Positions 13,980 to 22,478 of a stretch of 64,000 bases of DNA are shown piece after piece (position 1 is the stretch's first letter; each line of letters starts with the position of its first letter). The translations under genes were made by a program, and so were the position numbers. Origin of the DNA: an uncultured Verrucomicrobiae bacterium (GTDB taxonomy: Bacteria > Verrucomicrobiota > Verrucomicrobiia > Limisphaerales > Palsa-1400). Under the pieces are notes generated by a model. It searched no databases and was not told the DNA's origin. It saw nothing but the letters and a program-made list of their open reading frames with translations. The stretch spans positions 448,001 to 512,000 of the forward strand of contig CAVPOM010000004.1 of NCBI GenBank assembly GCA_963707025.1, in the 5' to 3' direction.

Positions 13980-14165
13980 TTACGGCACTGGTATGCCCAG
14001 ATCGCGGCAAATTTTCCGGGCAAGAAACTTGTTGATCTCCTAGTGCCGCGGCACGGCGGAGCGCCGATTTGAAGCCGGGTTGCCCTACCATGAGTGGTCG
14101 CTGCCTTCGCGGATGAAAACGCACCCGTGGGCCGTGAGATGGCGGATTAGTTCCCGCCGTTTCAC
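13980..14165 (-). pseudogene. hicA: HicA-family mRNA interferase toxin with two in-frame TAG stops
   Basis: Hand translation from the GTG overlapping the hicB stop: MKRRELIRHLTAHGCVFIREGSDHSW*GNPASNRRSAVPRH*EINKFLARKICRDLGIPVP. GxH and VPRH motifs present. Confidence 0.88.
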
Positions 14166-14374
14166 AGAACGATGGCTTCCTCCTGGTACCCTTCCTGCGC
14201 GGCGGCGAGGGCATCCTCGCGATTAAACTCCAACGCCTCTTTTAATGCGGAGCGCAAGTTCTTCAGAAGCTCGGCGTGGGTTTTGCCCTGGCAATTGACC
14301 CCGGGAATTTCCTGCACCCAGCCAATCCACCACCCACCGTCCTGTTTGATAACTGCCGTAAAATGCCGATTCAT
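14162..14374 (-). CDS. hicB: HicB-family antitoxin
   Basis: 70 aa with FTAVIKQDGGWWIGWVQEIPGVNCQGKT, the typical HicB N-domain. Translationally coupled to hicA. Confidence 0.85.
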   Translation of the reverse strand: MNRHFTAVIKQDGGWWIGWVQEIPGVNCQGKTHAELLKNLRSALKEALEFNREDALAAAQEGYQEEAIVL

Positions 14375-14384
14375 GTTTCAAAAG

Positions 14385-15835
14385 CACAGCCATCCCACAG
14401 GAAATTGGAAAAGAGTGTTGGCTTGACCATTTGAACCTGCCACAAGGCAGGCATGAAAAACAAAAAAATCAAACCAACACGGTCCCGGTTTAACGTTTTG
14501 CGCCAGATTTGCAATCTCATTCCTGCGCATGAAGTCTCCAAAATAGCGCGGGAGACCGGGGCTCTGGATAAGTCGCGCACCTTCAGTCCGTGGAGTCACA
14601 CGGTCAGTTTGCTGGACGCGCAACTCACCCATTGCATCGGACTCAACGATCTGTGCGACTCGCTGCAATTGCATTCCGGGCCGCTGTCCACTTTGCGCGG
14701 CGCCAGCGCCCCCAGCCGCAACGGCCTCTCCCACGCCAACCGGGAGCGTCCGGCCCAGATGGCCGAACAACTCTTCTGGCGGGTCCTGGAGCATTTGAAA
14801 GCACAGACGCCCGGCTTTGCCGCGGGCCAGCGCCGTGGCCCCGCCTTCCGTTTCAAGATGCCCATCCATGTGATTGATAGCACGACCATGGAACTGGTGG
14901 CCAACTGCCTGGACTGGGCCAAGCACCGCCGGCGCAAGGCCGCCGCCAAAACCCATATGCGGTTGAATCTGCAGAATCTTTTGCCCGGTTTTGTCATTGT
15001 GGACACTGCCGCCGAGCACGACAACCGACGGGCGCGGGAACTGTGCGCCGACTTGAAGAGCGGCGAAATCGCCTTGTTCGACAAGGGTTATGTGGACTTC
15101 GGCCACTTGCGGGATTTGGACGGGCGCGGGGTCTTTTGGGTGACGCGGGCCAAGGAGAACATGGGCTATGAGGTGGTGCGGAAAATGCCCGCCTCCAGAG
15201 ACCCGAAGATTTTGCGCGACGAAGTGATCGTCCTGAGCAACGAGAACAAACCCGCGCCGGAGTTGATGCGCCGGGTGGTGGCGCTGGTCGAGATTGATGG
15301 AGAGGAACGGGAAATGACCTTCCTGACCAACAACCTGGAGTGGAGTCCGCGCAGCGTGGCCGACCTTTACCGCTGCCGCTGGCAGATCGAAGTCTTCTTC
15401 AAACAAATCAAGCAGACCTTGCAGTTGGCGGATTTTCTGGGCCACAACGCCAACGCCGTGCGCTGGCAGGTGTGGACGGCGCTGTTGACCTACGTGCTGT
15501 TGCGCTACCTCAGTCACCTCTCCAACTGGGCGCACAGCTTCACCCGGCTGTTCACGATTTTGCGGGCGGCGCTCTGGGAGAAATATGATCTGCTCAATTT
15601 GCTGGCGTGCTATGGGACAGCAGGCGGCAGCTTTCGCCACTTGGCGCGGCCCGAGCAGGCGTATTTCCCCGGCTTCCAATAAAGCTATGGGACAGCACAC
15701 GCGCCCAAACAGGCGCATACCAAACCCAAAAGCCAAACTCGGAAAAATCAAAATCTCATTTTACCCCGAAGACCAATTAAACCCTTGCAAATGAACAGGT
15801 CAGCACCAGACTTTTCCCCTTATGAGACGGGTGTG
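14385..15835 (+). mobile_element. IS4-family insertion sequence (ends tentative)
   Basis: Encloses the transposase. Imperfect terminal inverted repeats CACAGCCATCCCACAG and, reverse-complemented, CACACCCGTCTCATAA. No target duplication visible. Confidence 0.6.
14453..15682 (+). CDS. IS4-family DDE transposase
   Basis: IDST, FDKGY, and the YREK-type motif YRCRWQIEVFFKQIKQ. Confidence 0.93.
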   Translation: MKNKKIKPTRSRFNVLRQICNLIPAHEVSKIARETGALDKSRTFSPWSHTVSLLDAQLTHCIGLNDLCDSLQLHSGPLSTLRGASAPSRNGLSHANRERPAQMAEQLFWRVLEHLKAQTPGFAAGQRRGPAFRFKMPIHVIDSTTMELVANCLDWAKHRRRKAAAKTHMRLNLQNLLPGFVIVDTAAEHDNRRARELCADLKSGEIALFDKGYVDFGHLRDLDGRGVFWVTRAKENMGYEVVRKMPASRDPKILRDEVIVLSNENKPAPELMRRVVALVEIDGEEREMTFLTNNLEWSPRSVADLYRCRWQIEVFFKQIKQTLQLADFLGHNANAVRWQVWTALLTYVLLRYLSHLSNWAHSFTRLFTILRAALWEKYDLLNLLACYGTAGGSFRHLARPEQAYFPGFQ

Positions 15836-16759
15836 TTTTATTTCGTAGTCTTTGCCGTTTGCAGTGGCCTTCCGCAATGACTCATAAAACGGAGTGCCTT
15901 TGATCTTAGTCAGCGTGGATGCCTTTATTAAGTACGGCTTTACGGCTTTGCCCCACCAATCGGAAACTGTATTTTTGTTGAAAGGCGGTAGCTGGCGGTA
16001 AACGAACACCTCGGGATTGTGAGGGTAGTGGTCTCGAATCCAATCTTCAAGGGTGACATTACGATATTTCTCCCATTCGCTGCCTGGGTGCTCTTTGGCG
16101 AGTTCTTGCATTTGCTGCAATGACCCTTCATCCCATTTTATTCTTCGCTGCCAAGACGCAATTTCCTCAAGAATTTCAGCAACAAGTCGCGTCGCTGGCT
16201 TATCCAACTGGTGCATGGCGCTTGAATCCATGTTCACGATGGAGGCTTGGGACAATCCGATAGCTTTCGAAACGGCTTCGAAGTCATGCGTGAAAGTCTT
16301 CGACTTTGCACGCAGCGACGGGAGAAACAGGGCATCGCTCGCCAATAATTTTAGGCTTTCAGGTTTCGAGAGGGCGACGTGATGTATGACCTCCGCGAAC
16401 AGTTGTCCTCCGCACCACGCACAAATAAGCGCGGAAGGCTCGCCAGCGCGGGCAAACACCGCCACTTTTTCGCTTATCCAATTTGCGCGTGTGCAAAGGC
16501 AACTTATCGCATCGTCATGAAAACGATCATCCGTTGCGTCCGTGTAATTTGCCTTGTAAAAGAACGCTTTCGACTCAACTATCTTCAAAAGCATTTCTAC
16601 TCCATAATCTATTGCCTGATGAGCTTCAGTCATGGCCGCTCGCGGGTCTGCCTTTACGTGTGCGGCAATGCGCTTCTTCTGTTTTTGGTATCGCTCAATC
16701 AATTCTTGCCACTCGGTGTTGGCAACTTTAGCTTTATGGGTATTAACTCTCATTCTCAT
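15800..16759 (-). CDS. Hypothetical protein, C-terminus probably truncated by the IS
   Basis: 319 aa ORF in AT-richer DNA. The last ~11 codons lie within the proposed IS right end. Confidence 0.6.
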   Translation of the reverse strand: MRMRVNTHKAKVANTEWQELIERYQKQKKRIAAHVKADPRAAMTEAHQAIDYGVEMLLKIVESKAFFYKANYTDATDDRFHDDAISCLCTRANWISEKVAVFARAGEPSALICAWCGGQLFAEVIHHVALSKPESLKLLASDALFLPSLRAKSKTFTHDFEAVSKAIGLSQASIVNMDSSAMHQLDKPATRLVAEILEEIASWQRRIKWDEGSLQQMQELAKEHPGSEWEKYRNVTLEDWIRDHYPHNPEVFVYRQLPPFNKNTVSDWWGKAVKPYLIKASTLTKIKGTPFYESLRKATANGKDYEIKHTRLIRGKVWC

Positions 16760-17211
16760 TTGGCGGGGCGCTTGAAGTAAAGGATGATGTAGGCGGTGCG
16801 CGTATTAACAAAGGCCATTTTGCCGATTTGCGCGGGGTCCGGGCTAAGAGTTTCGACCTGGGGTACGGCGGCGACAAGTTCCCACCCATGTTCTCCGGCA
16901 ATGTTCGGTTCTGTGTCCAGGTCAACAAAGTTGCCGGGCATGGCTTCAATCAGCGCAACGGTCGTGCGGTCGGGTTTCGGCTTATCCTGCTCTTTCGCCA
17001 GCGCCCTGGTTTCCACGTTGGTTTCGATGACGACTTTGTATTCCCAATTGGTCATGCGCGGAGGTTCTGGGGACGGTGCCGGAGCTGGGGCTTCCACAAT
17101 GGCTGCCTGGGCGGGAGCCGGTGGCTGCTGAATGGGTCGTGCGGTGGGTTTACAGGCACAGATTGATGAGAGGATAAACAGGGAGACTGGGATTGACAGG
17201 ATGGGTTTCAT
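16756..17211 (-). CDS. Hypothetical lipoprotein with a DUF4177-like domain
   Basis: Signal peptide ending in Cys, Pro/Ala linker, then WEYKVV...GEHGWELVAAVP...YFKRP. Confidence 0.7.
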   Translation of the reverse strand: MKPILSIPVSLFILSSICACKPTARPIQQPPAPAQAAIVEAPAPAPSPEPPRMTNWEYKVVIETNVETRALAKEQDKPKPDRTTVALIEAMPGNFVDLDTEPNIAGEHGWELVAAVPQVETLSPDPAQIGKMAFVNTRTAYIILYFKRPAK

Positions 17212-17254
17212 GGCTTCATTTTTCGGTGTTGGCGCGGAGGAGCGAGAGGGTGTG

Positions 17255-18247
17255 CTACTGCTCTTTGATTTCGGCAGTTGTTTCGTTGGTCTTATTTACT
17301 TGGAATAGGAGTTGACGGTCTAGTGCTTTAATTCGCCGTTTCAGAGGCAAATGCGGGTTCAGTTCTAGGGCGCGTTTCAGGCACGCCAGTTCATCCGCTG
17401 GAACACCTATGGCACCATACATCGTTGCAGAGGCTGCCCAAGCCCGAGCTCGCCATTTCGGGTATCGATCAAAATACTGGGTTGTCGTCAGCTTTGCCAG
17501 CGAATCACAAAGCCAATTCCAGCGCCCTTCGTCACGTACGAGAGGCGTTTCGCCAAGCGAACTCTCCACTTCCTCAAGCAAACGAAATGTGGTGTCCTTC
17601 TCTGCTCGCTCCTGGGCGACCTGCTGGTTTCGCCTCTCGTAATCTGCCTTTGCCTGCTCCGCTTGTTCGCGCTGCTGGTGGCGTTTGTGAGCCACACGCT
17701 CTTCCCGCGTTGCTCCCGGCCTAGGACCGCCGTGTCGGTAGATGGCCTCTTCCAACTCGCGCTTGGTTTCAAGCAAAAGCTCCATAGGTGGTCCCTTTCC
17801 GTCCTGCCACAAACTCGGGCCCTTAGGCAGTTCGGCCAATTTGGCGTCCAATTCCGCCTCACTGACAACACCCATGACGATGGCCTCATCTTGATCTATC
17901 CAACGCCAAGACGCACAACTGCTCTGCGCATAAGGCGGATACGGGTTGCCCAAGCCGTCGTCAAACGTGCCACTTAACCGATCCCAGATGGCATCCCACT
18001 TTGCTGCAATCATTCGACCTTCATAAAGTGTTCCGCCACAGCGTGCCCAACGAGCGTGCCATTCGTTTGTGTTTTCCTCCCAAAACAACGACAGGGTGAG
18101 TTCCCACGCCGGCCAAGTGCGCAAAGAAATCCTATCATTCCGGCGCTCCCAATCGGCGCGGCCGGATCGCTGGCTCTCGACGATGCGCTGGGCAAGGCGT
18201 TCTTGACCCCAGTGTTCAAGCCACTCCTCGAATGTCAAAAGATTCAT
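17255..18247 (-). CDS. Hypothetical protein; N-half resembles phage MuF-like head-morphogenesis domains, C-end TPR-like
   Basis: Probable start MNLLTFEEW. Motifs WPAWEL, WHARWARCGG, GRMIAAKWDAIW, GNPYPPY and terminal ELACLKRALELNP. Confidence 0.55.
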   Translation of the reverse strand: MNLLTFEEWLEHWGQERLAQRIVESQRSGRADWERRNDRISLRTWPAWELTLSLFWEENTNEWHARWARCGGTLYEGRMIAAKWDAIWDRLSGTFDDGLGNPYPPYAQSSCASWRWIDQDEAIVMGVVSEAELDAKLAELPKGPSLWQDGKGPPMELLLETKRELEEAIYRHGGPRPGATREERVAHKRHQQREQAEQAKADYERRNQQVAQERAEKDTTFRLLEEVESSLGETPLVRDEGRWNWLCDSLAKLTTTQYFDRYPKWRARAWAASATMYGAIGVPADELACLKRALELNPHLPLKRRIKALDRQLLFQVNKTNETTAEIKEQ

Positions 18248-18579
18248 TTCCTGGGTGAAAACTAGAGCCACGGTTCCCGTAGGTAAAGTGGAAATTGGTG
18301 GCGTGGCGCGATTCCATGTGATAGCGCGGAGTGGATGTTTGCCAAAAGGCGCTCGCTCTATCGAAGGTGATTGCGAACGGCGAAGCCCTGCCCTGGTGGT
18401 GACGGCATTGGCCGCAGTGTTGCGAGGGCAGCCGGGGCGCAATCCTGCGGACAATGACGACACGACCAGGCACTTGTCGGGGCGGAGCGTTCGCGTGTTG
18501 GCATTCGGCTTGGCCTTCCTGCCTTTAGCAAGCCGGATGACGACACGGGAACGAGCCGCGGGGAAATCCCCTGTTTCAA

Positions 18580-18603
18580 TTTGTGCCACTTTTTGTGCCA
18601 CTT
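18580..18603 (+). repeat. 12 bp tandem direct repeat, candidate integrase arm-type sites
   Basis: TTTGTGCCACTT x2, ~120 bp inside the tRNA-fragment boundary. Confidence 0.5.
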
Positions 18604-18723
18604 TCATGGTTTTCTCGAACCTCCCCGGCAGTGTGGCGAAAAGTGAGTTTTCCCCTTTAAAATCAAGGGGTTTGACGTGGTTTAAGCAATGGAAAGAATT
18701 GACATAAAATGGCTATTTCTCGA

Positions 18724-18762
18724 ATCCTAAGTCTGGCGTGTCTGCCATTCCACCACTCGCGC
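18724..18762 (-). pseudogene. 5' half of tRNA-Leu(TAG), att-site remnant
   Basis: 39 nt identical to 13812-13850. It stops just after the anticodon loop and has no T arm or CCA. Confidence 0.9.
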
Positions 18763-18915
18763 CGCGGACGTTGCGGCTGACAATACCCCGTTTCCGCCGC
18801 CACTGGCAAGTTTTCGGGAAAGTGAGCAGCTTTCTAATTTGTTGTAGCGTCGAGCCTGTGGGTCGAAATCGGCGCACAGCGCCGACACTACAACAAGCTT
18901 GGGAGCGACGAGAGT

Positions 18916-19653
18916 TCAGGGAAACACCAGCCGAATTCCATTCGTCCCCGGGAAATTAGTCCCGGCCTGCGCATTTATCAGCCAGTTCTGTCTCAGACTC
19001 GCCGACGACATCACTTGCCCGCTTCCGTCGCCCAGCAAAATATTTCCAGAGCCTGCTGGATCCCCGTGCGAATGCATCTTCAACGACCAGGAGACAGGGG
19101 TGTTGGTGAAGAGGACGACATTATTGCCTTGTCCATTCGTGGGCGAATAGCCGTAATTGGGATCGGGGACGGTGCCGGGACCGAGGTTGCGATCCCCACC
19201 TGCTATGGCCTGCGGATAGACGTCGCTGGTGTCCATTCCCACAAAATAAGAGACGTGGGTGTTATCGAAGCCATTGGTGAAAGTTTTGGCGGGCTTCCGT
19301 TCGTCGGCGGGGCAAACCACAATCGCCGGCGATTCGCCCAACTCCTTCCGGAGGATCGCGTAGTTTGTCCACAAGTACTTGCCAGCCTTGGAATTCGTCA
19401 GAAGCTCGCTCCAACCGCCGGTGGTAATGGAGGTCTGCCATGGCACGAGATCGCCATGATCCCCCGCCCAAAGGCGATAGGCGGTGCCAATACACATCAT
19501 GTTGTTCAGGCAATAGATACGCCAAGCCTTCTGGCGCGCTTTTTGCACGGCGGGCACAATGATCATCGCCAGCAACGCAACAACCACCAGGATTACCACC
19601 ACCAAATCCCGTCGCGTGAACCCTCCTTTCGCTTGTTGTGTCAAGCGTTTCAT
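18916..19653 (-). CDS. Prepilin-type N-terminal cleavage domain protein (PVC-type pseudopilin-like)
   Basis: GGFTRRDLVVVILVVVALLAMIIVPAVQKARQKA, CLNNM, CPAD, and C-terminal H-x-GNILLGDGS. Confidence 0.85.
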   Translation of the reverse strand: MKRLTQQAKGGFTRRDLVVVILVVVALLAMIIVPAVQKARQKAWRIYCLNNMMCIGTAYRLWAGDHGDLVPWQTSITTGGWSELLTNSKAGKYLWTNYAILRKELGESPAIVVCPADERKPAKTFTNGFDNTHVSYFVGMDTSDVYPQAIAGGDRNLGPGTVPDPNYGYSPTNGQGNNVVLFTNTPVSWSLKMHSHGDPAGSGNILLGDGSGQVMSSASLRQNWLINAQAGTNFPGTNGIRLVFP

Positions 19654-19972
19654 AAGGCAATACTCGGGCCATTGCGCCGCCAAGTCAAGCAAAAATCGGC
19701 GGGAAAAAGCCGGGCCTCAATCATTAGCGACTTTTTCGGGGAGCGCGGTCGTCTCGACCGCATCCGTCGGCGTCCCGCCGGCGGAATCTCTCGTCCGAAA
19801 TCGGCGCACCTTTTGGATGCGTCTGCAAGCACATCGCTAATGATCCCGGAGCAGAGGGCAGTCACGGATGGCAGGCCGAAACTCCGTCGAGCAGATCATG
19901 GAGAGCATCGAAGGGGCGAACCATAGGGAGCAACTTATCGAAGACCTGACCGATCTGATGAAGGGCGGTAAG

Positions 19973-20180
19973 TTGGATGTAACAAAATGTAACGGGGGCA
20001 ATTTTCGCAAACCGTTGATAATCAACAACGGTAACGGTGTAACGGTCGTCGCCCTTCTCACCCTGCCTGCATTGGATGTAACAAAATGTAACGGGGTGTA
20101 ACGGGGGCAGTTTTCGTAAACCGTTGATAATCAACAACTGTAACGGTGTAACGGCTGTAATGCACCTCACCCTGCCTGCA
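19973..20180. repeat. Two tandem ~100 bp units rich in GTAAC boxes
   Basis: Units 19973-20071 and 20072-20180. Nine GTAAC motifs in total; each unit has the palindrome GTTGATAATCAAC. Confidence 0.9.
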
Positions 20181-20257
20181 AGAGTGGGCGTCGAACAAGT
20201 CGCTGCCCACACTTGCAGGCCCCCCATTACGGTGAAGAAACAATAATCCCGTCCCGC

Positions 20258-21076
20258 TCAAAACTCCGCCGGCCATTTCCCCGTCTCCAATACTTTGGCC
20301 GCGATGTGTTGTGCATCGCTGTCGTCCAAGTCGAACGGCGCAAAGGCGGCGCACGCTTTCAATTCCCCGGTCATCAATTTCTTCTGGCCGACGATGTGAT
20401 AGACGTGCGCCAGTTGCAGATGGTGAATGACGCGGTTGGGAGCCAGTTCGATGGCCTTCTTGAAATTCTGGATGGCCATTTCGTTGCTCGCTTTTGGCAG
20501 GCCCCCATATACCAGTTTCACCAAAGCCGTCAGGAACAGGTTCATATTGGCCACCTCGCAATTCCACCGTCCCAGCATGTGATAGGACAGATCGAATTTC
20601 GGGTCCAGCACTATGGCCTTTTCCGCCTCCGCCTTGATCTGCCGCGAATAGTTGACCTTGGTTTGATTATCCAACCAGGGAAAATTCTTGGCATAGCAGA
20701 CCGCGACGCAGACGTGGGCTTTGGCGCTCTGCGCGTCCTCCGCCGCCGCCTTCCGCCCGCAAGCCAGCGCTTGGGCGGCCAGCTCCTTCTGCTCCGTCCT
20801 GGATTTTGCCAGATGCATCAAGTCGCAATACGCTTCCGCCATTTTGATTTGAACCTCCGCCTTGCCGGGAAACAACTTTTCGGCCTGAAGAAAAACTTGC
20901 AGCGCCGCCCTGGTCTCATGCTGCTGGCTGAGAACATCCCCCCGGGCCACCAGATTGGTCAGCGACAAATCCTCCGCCTGGACCGCCGCGCCCTGGCACA
21001 ACAGCCAGCAAAGCGCCAGCCGCGCGCCGCGGAAAACGCGCGCGGCAAAACCGGGCCTGGACTCAGCAGCGATCAC
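20258..21076 (-). CDS. Exported TPR-like helical repeat protein
   Basis: Signal-like N-terminus and TPR-type motifs AEKAIVLDPK and FKKAIELAPN. Confidence 0.75.
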   Translation of the reverse strand: MIAAESRPGFAARVFRGARLALCWLLCQGAAVQAEDLSLTNLVARGDVLSQQHETRAALQVFLQAEKLFPGKAEVQIKMAEAYCDLMHLAKSRTEQKELAAQALACGRKAAAEDAQSAKAHVCVAVCYAKNFPWLDNQTKVNYSRQIKAEAEKAIVLDPKFDLSYHMLGRWNCEVANMNLFLTALVKLVYGGLPKASNEMAIQNFKKAIELAPNRVIHHLQLAHVYHIVGQKKLMTGELKACAAFAPFDLDDSDAQHIAAKVLETGKWPAEF

Positions 21077-21365
21077 GCGCGGAATCTAGCCATCCCCGTC
21101 CCCAATAGCCAACGAAAAGCGGCCTCCCAGCCGCCCGGCTGCCGGGGAGCGCGACCTTCCCGGTCGGCTCCGTCGGCCTCCCGCCGGCGGGATCCAATTT
21201 GCAGCAGGGCGAGACTCCATAGCGCCGTCGAATTTCCCTCGCCCCGCGAAGATGTCCCGCCATAATTCTTTTCTTTCCCCACACGTTGCGCAGGCTTGCG
21301 GGGCAGGGGAGTTGGGTTTTAAATGGGGGCATGGCTGTGGCGGAAAACCAGCCGGAAAAAACCGC

Positions 21366-22478
21366 ATGAGTCTCATTGCTTCATTTGACGAGTTTGTGCC
21401 GCAATTGCGCGCGTTTATGACGCGGGCGCAAGAGGCGTCTGTTCCAGACGCCGGCCTGGACGCGGAGTTCAACCGGCTGGCGGCGGCGCTGTTCGCGCTG
21501 CAAAAGGAGGCGGTGCCGATCTATGGGGAGCTTTGCCGGAAACGAAACATTTCCGCGGTTGACGACTGGCGCGACATTCCGGCGCTGCCCTCTTCCACCT
21601 TCAAGGAGTATGAGGTCACCAGCCTGCCGGCCGCGCAACGAACCCATGTCTTCCATTCCAGCGGCACCACCCAACACCGGCCCGGCCGCCATTTTCACAA
21701 TGCCCAATCTCTCCAGGTTTATGAGGAGTCGCTGCGCCCGTGGTTCCGGCGCCATTTTCTCCCTCCGCCCTCCTCCCTCCTCCATTCTCCTTTGCTCATC
21801 TTGACTCCTCCTGCCGCCGCGGCGCCGCACTCGTCGCTGGCTTATATGTTTGAGACGGTGCGGGGGGAATTTGGCCATTCGATTTTCACCGGACGGATTG
21901 ACGGGGAAGGAGCCTGGGCGCTGGACTTGGAGCAAACGATGGCGGCGCTGCAACAAGCGCAGTCCGACCGCCAGCCGGCGGCGCTGCTCGGCACCGCCTT
22001 CTCTTTTGTGCATTTGCTGGATCATTGCCGCTCCAGCCAGGCGCGCTTCCGGCTGGCGGCTGGCTCACGCGCGCTGGAAACCGGCGGCTATAAAGGGCGG
22101 GGGCGGATGGCGTCCAAAGCGGAGTTGCGGCAGATGATGACGCGCTGGCTGGGGATTCCCGAATCGCACATTGTGGCCGAATACGGCATGAGCGAATTGA
22201 GTTCGCAGGCTTACGACCGCGTCCTGCCCGAAGCAACGGGCGTGGGTTTCCGCTTTCCGCCCTGGGCGCGGGCCCAGATCATTTCGCCGGAAACCGGACG
22301 CGAAGCGGAGGAGGGGGAAACCGGCCTGCTCCGGGTTTTTGACCTGGCCAATGTCCGCTCGGCCCTGGCCGTGCAGACGGAGGACCTGGCGGTCCGCCGC
22401 GGGGAGGGATTTGAGCTGGCGGGGCGGGCGGCGCGGGCGGCGGCGCGCGGCTGTTCGCTGCTGCCCCAACAATTATGA
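21366..22478 (+). CDS. LuxE-like acyl-protein synthetase
   Basis: DIPALPSSTFK, FHSSGTT, GTAFSF, ETGGYKG, EYGMSELSSQ, QTEDLA and C-terminal RGCS. Confidence 0.85.
   Translation: MSLIASFDEFVPQLRAFMTRAQEASVPDAGLDAEFNRLAAALFALQKEAVPIYGELCRKRNISAVDDWRDIPALPSSTFKEYEVTSLPAAQRTHVFHSSGTTQHRPGRHFHNAQSLQVYEESLRPWFRRHFLPPPSSLLHSPLLILTPPAAAAPHSSLAYMFETVRGEFGHSIFTGRIDGEGAWALDLEQTMAALQQAQSDRQPAALLGTAFSFVHLLDHCRSSQARFRLAAGSRALETGGYKGRGRMASKAELRQMMTRWLGIPESHIVAEYGMSELSSQAYDRVLPEATGVGFRFPPWARAQIISPETGREAEEGETGLLRVFDLANVRSALAVQTEDLAVRRGEGFELAGRAARAAARGCSLLPQQL

Larger units (their letters stand above)
13812..18817. mobile_element. Decayed tRNA-Leu-targeted genomic island (~4.9 kb) bounded by direct repeats
   Basis: 13812-13905 and 18724-18817 are a 94 bp direct repeat with 4 mismatches (tRNA 5' half plus upstream). 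The interior has a TA module, an IS and visibly AT-richer hypothetical genes. No integrase found. Confidence 0.7.

Noticed and set aside
13980..14165. Amber readthrough or recoding of hicA by the neighbouring tRNA
   Set aside because: The tRNA anticodon is TAG, which reads CUA (Leu); a suppressor would need CTA. Other genes here (e.g. 49030-50502, 60133-62277) terminate at TAG.
12556..14214. 552 aa minus-strand ORF spanning the tRNA
   Set aside because: A chance open frame that crosses hicA, the tRNA and out-of-frame GH3 sequence. Only a short stretch near its end is real GH3.
13812..18817. Intact prophage or ICE
   Set aside because: No integrase, replication, structural or conjugation genes remain.
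19973..20180. CRISPR array
   Set aside because: Two whole-unit copies with no unique spacers and no cas genes. The same applies to the 42731-42786 repeat.
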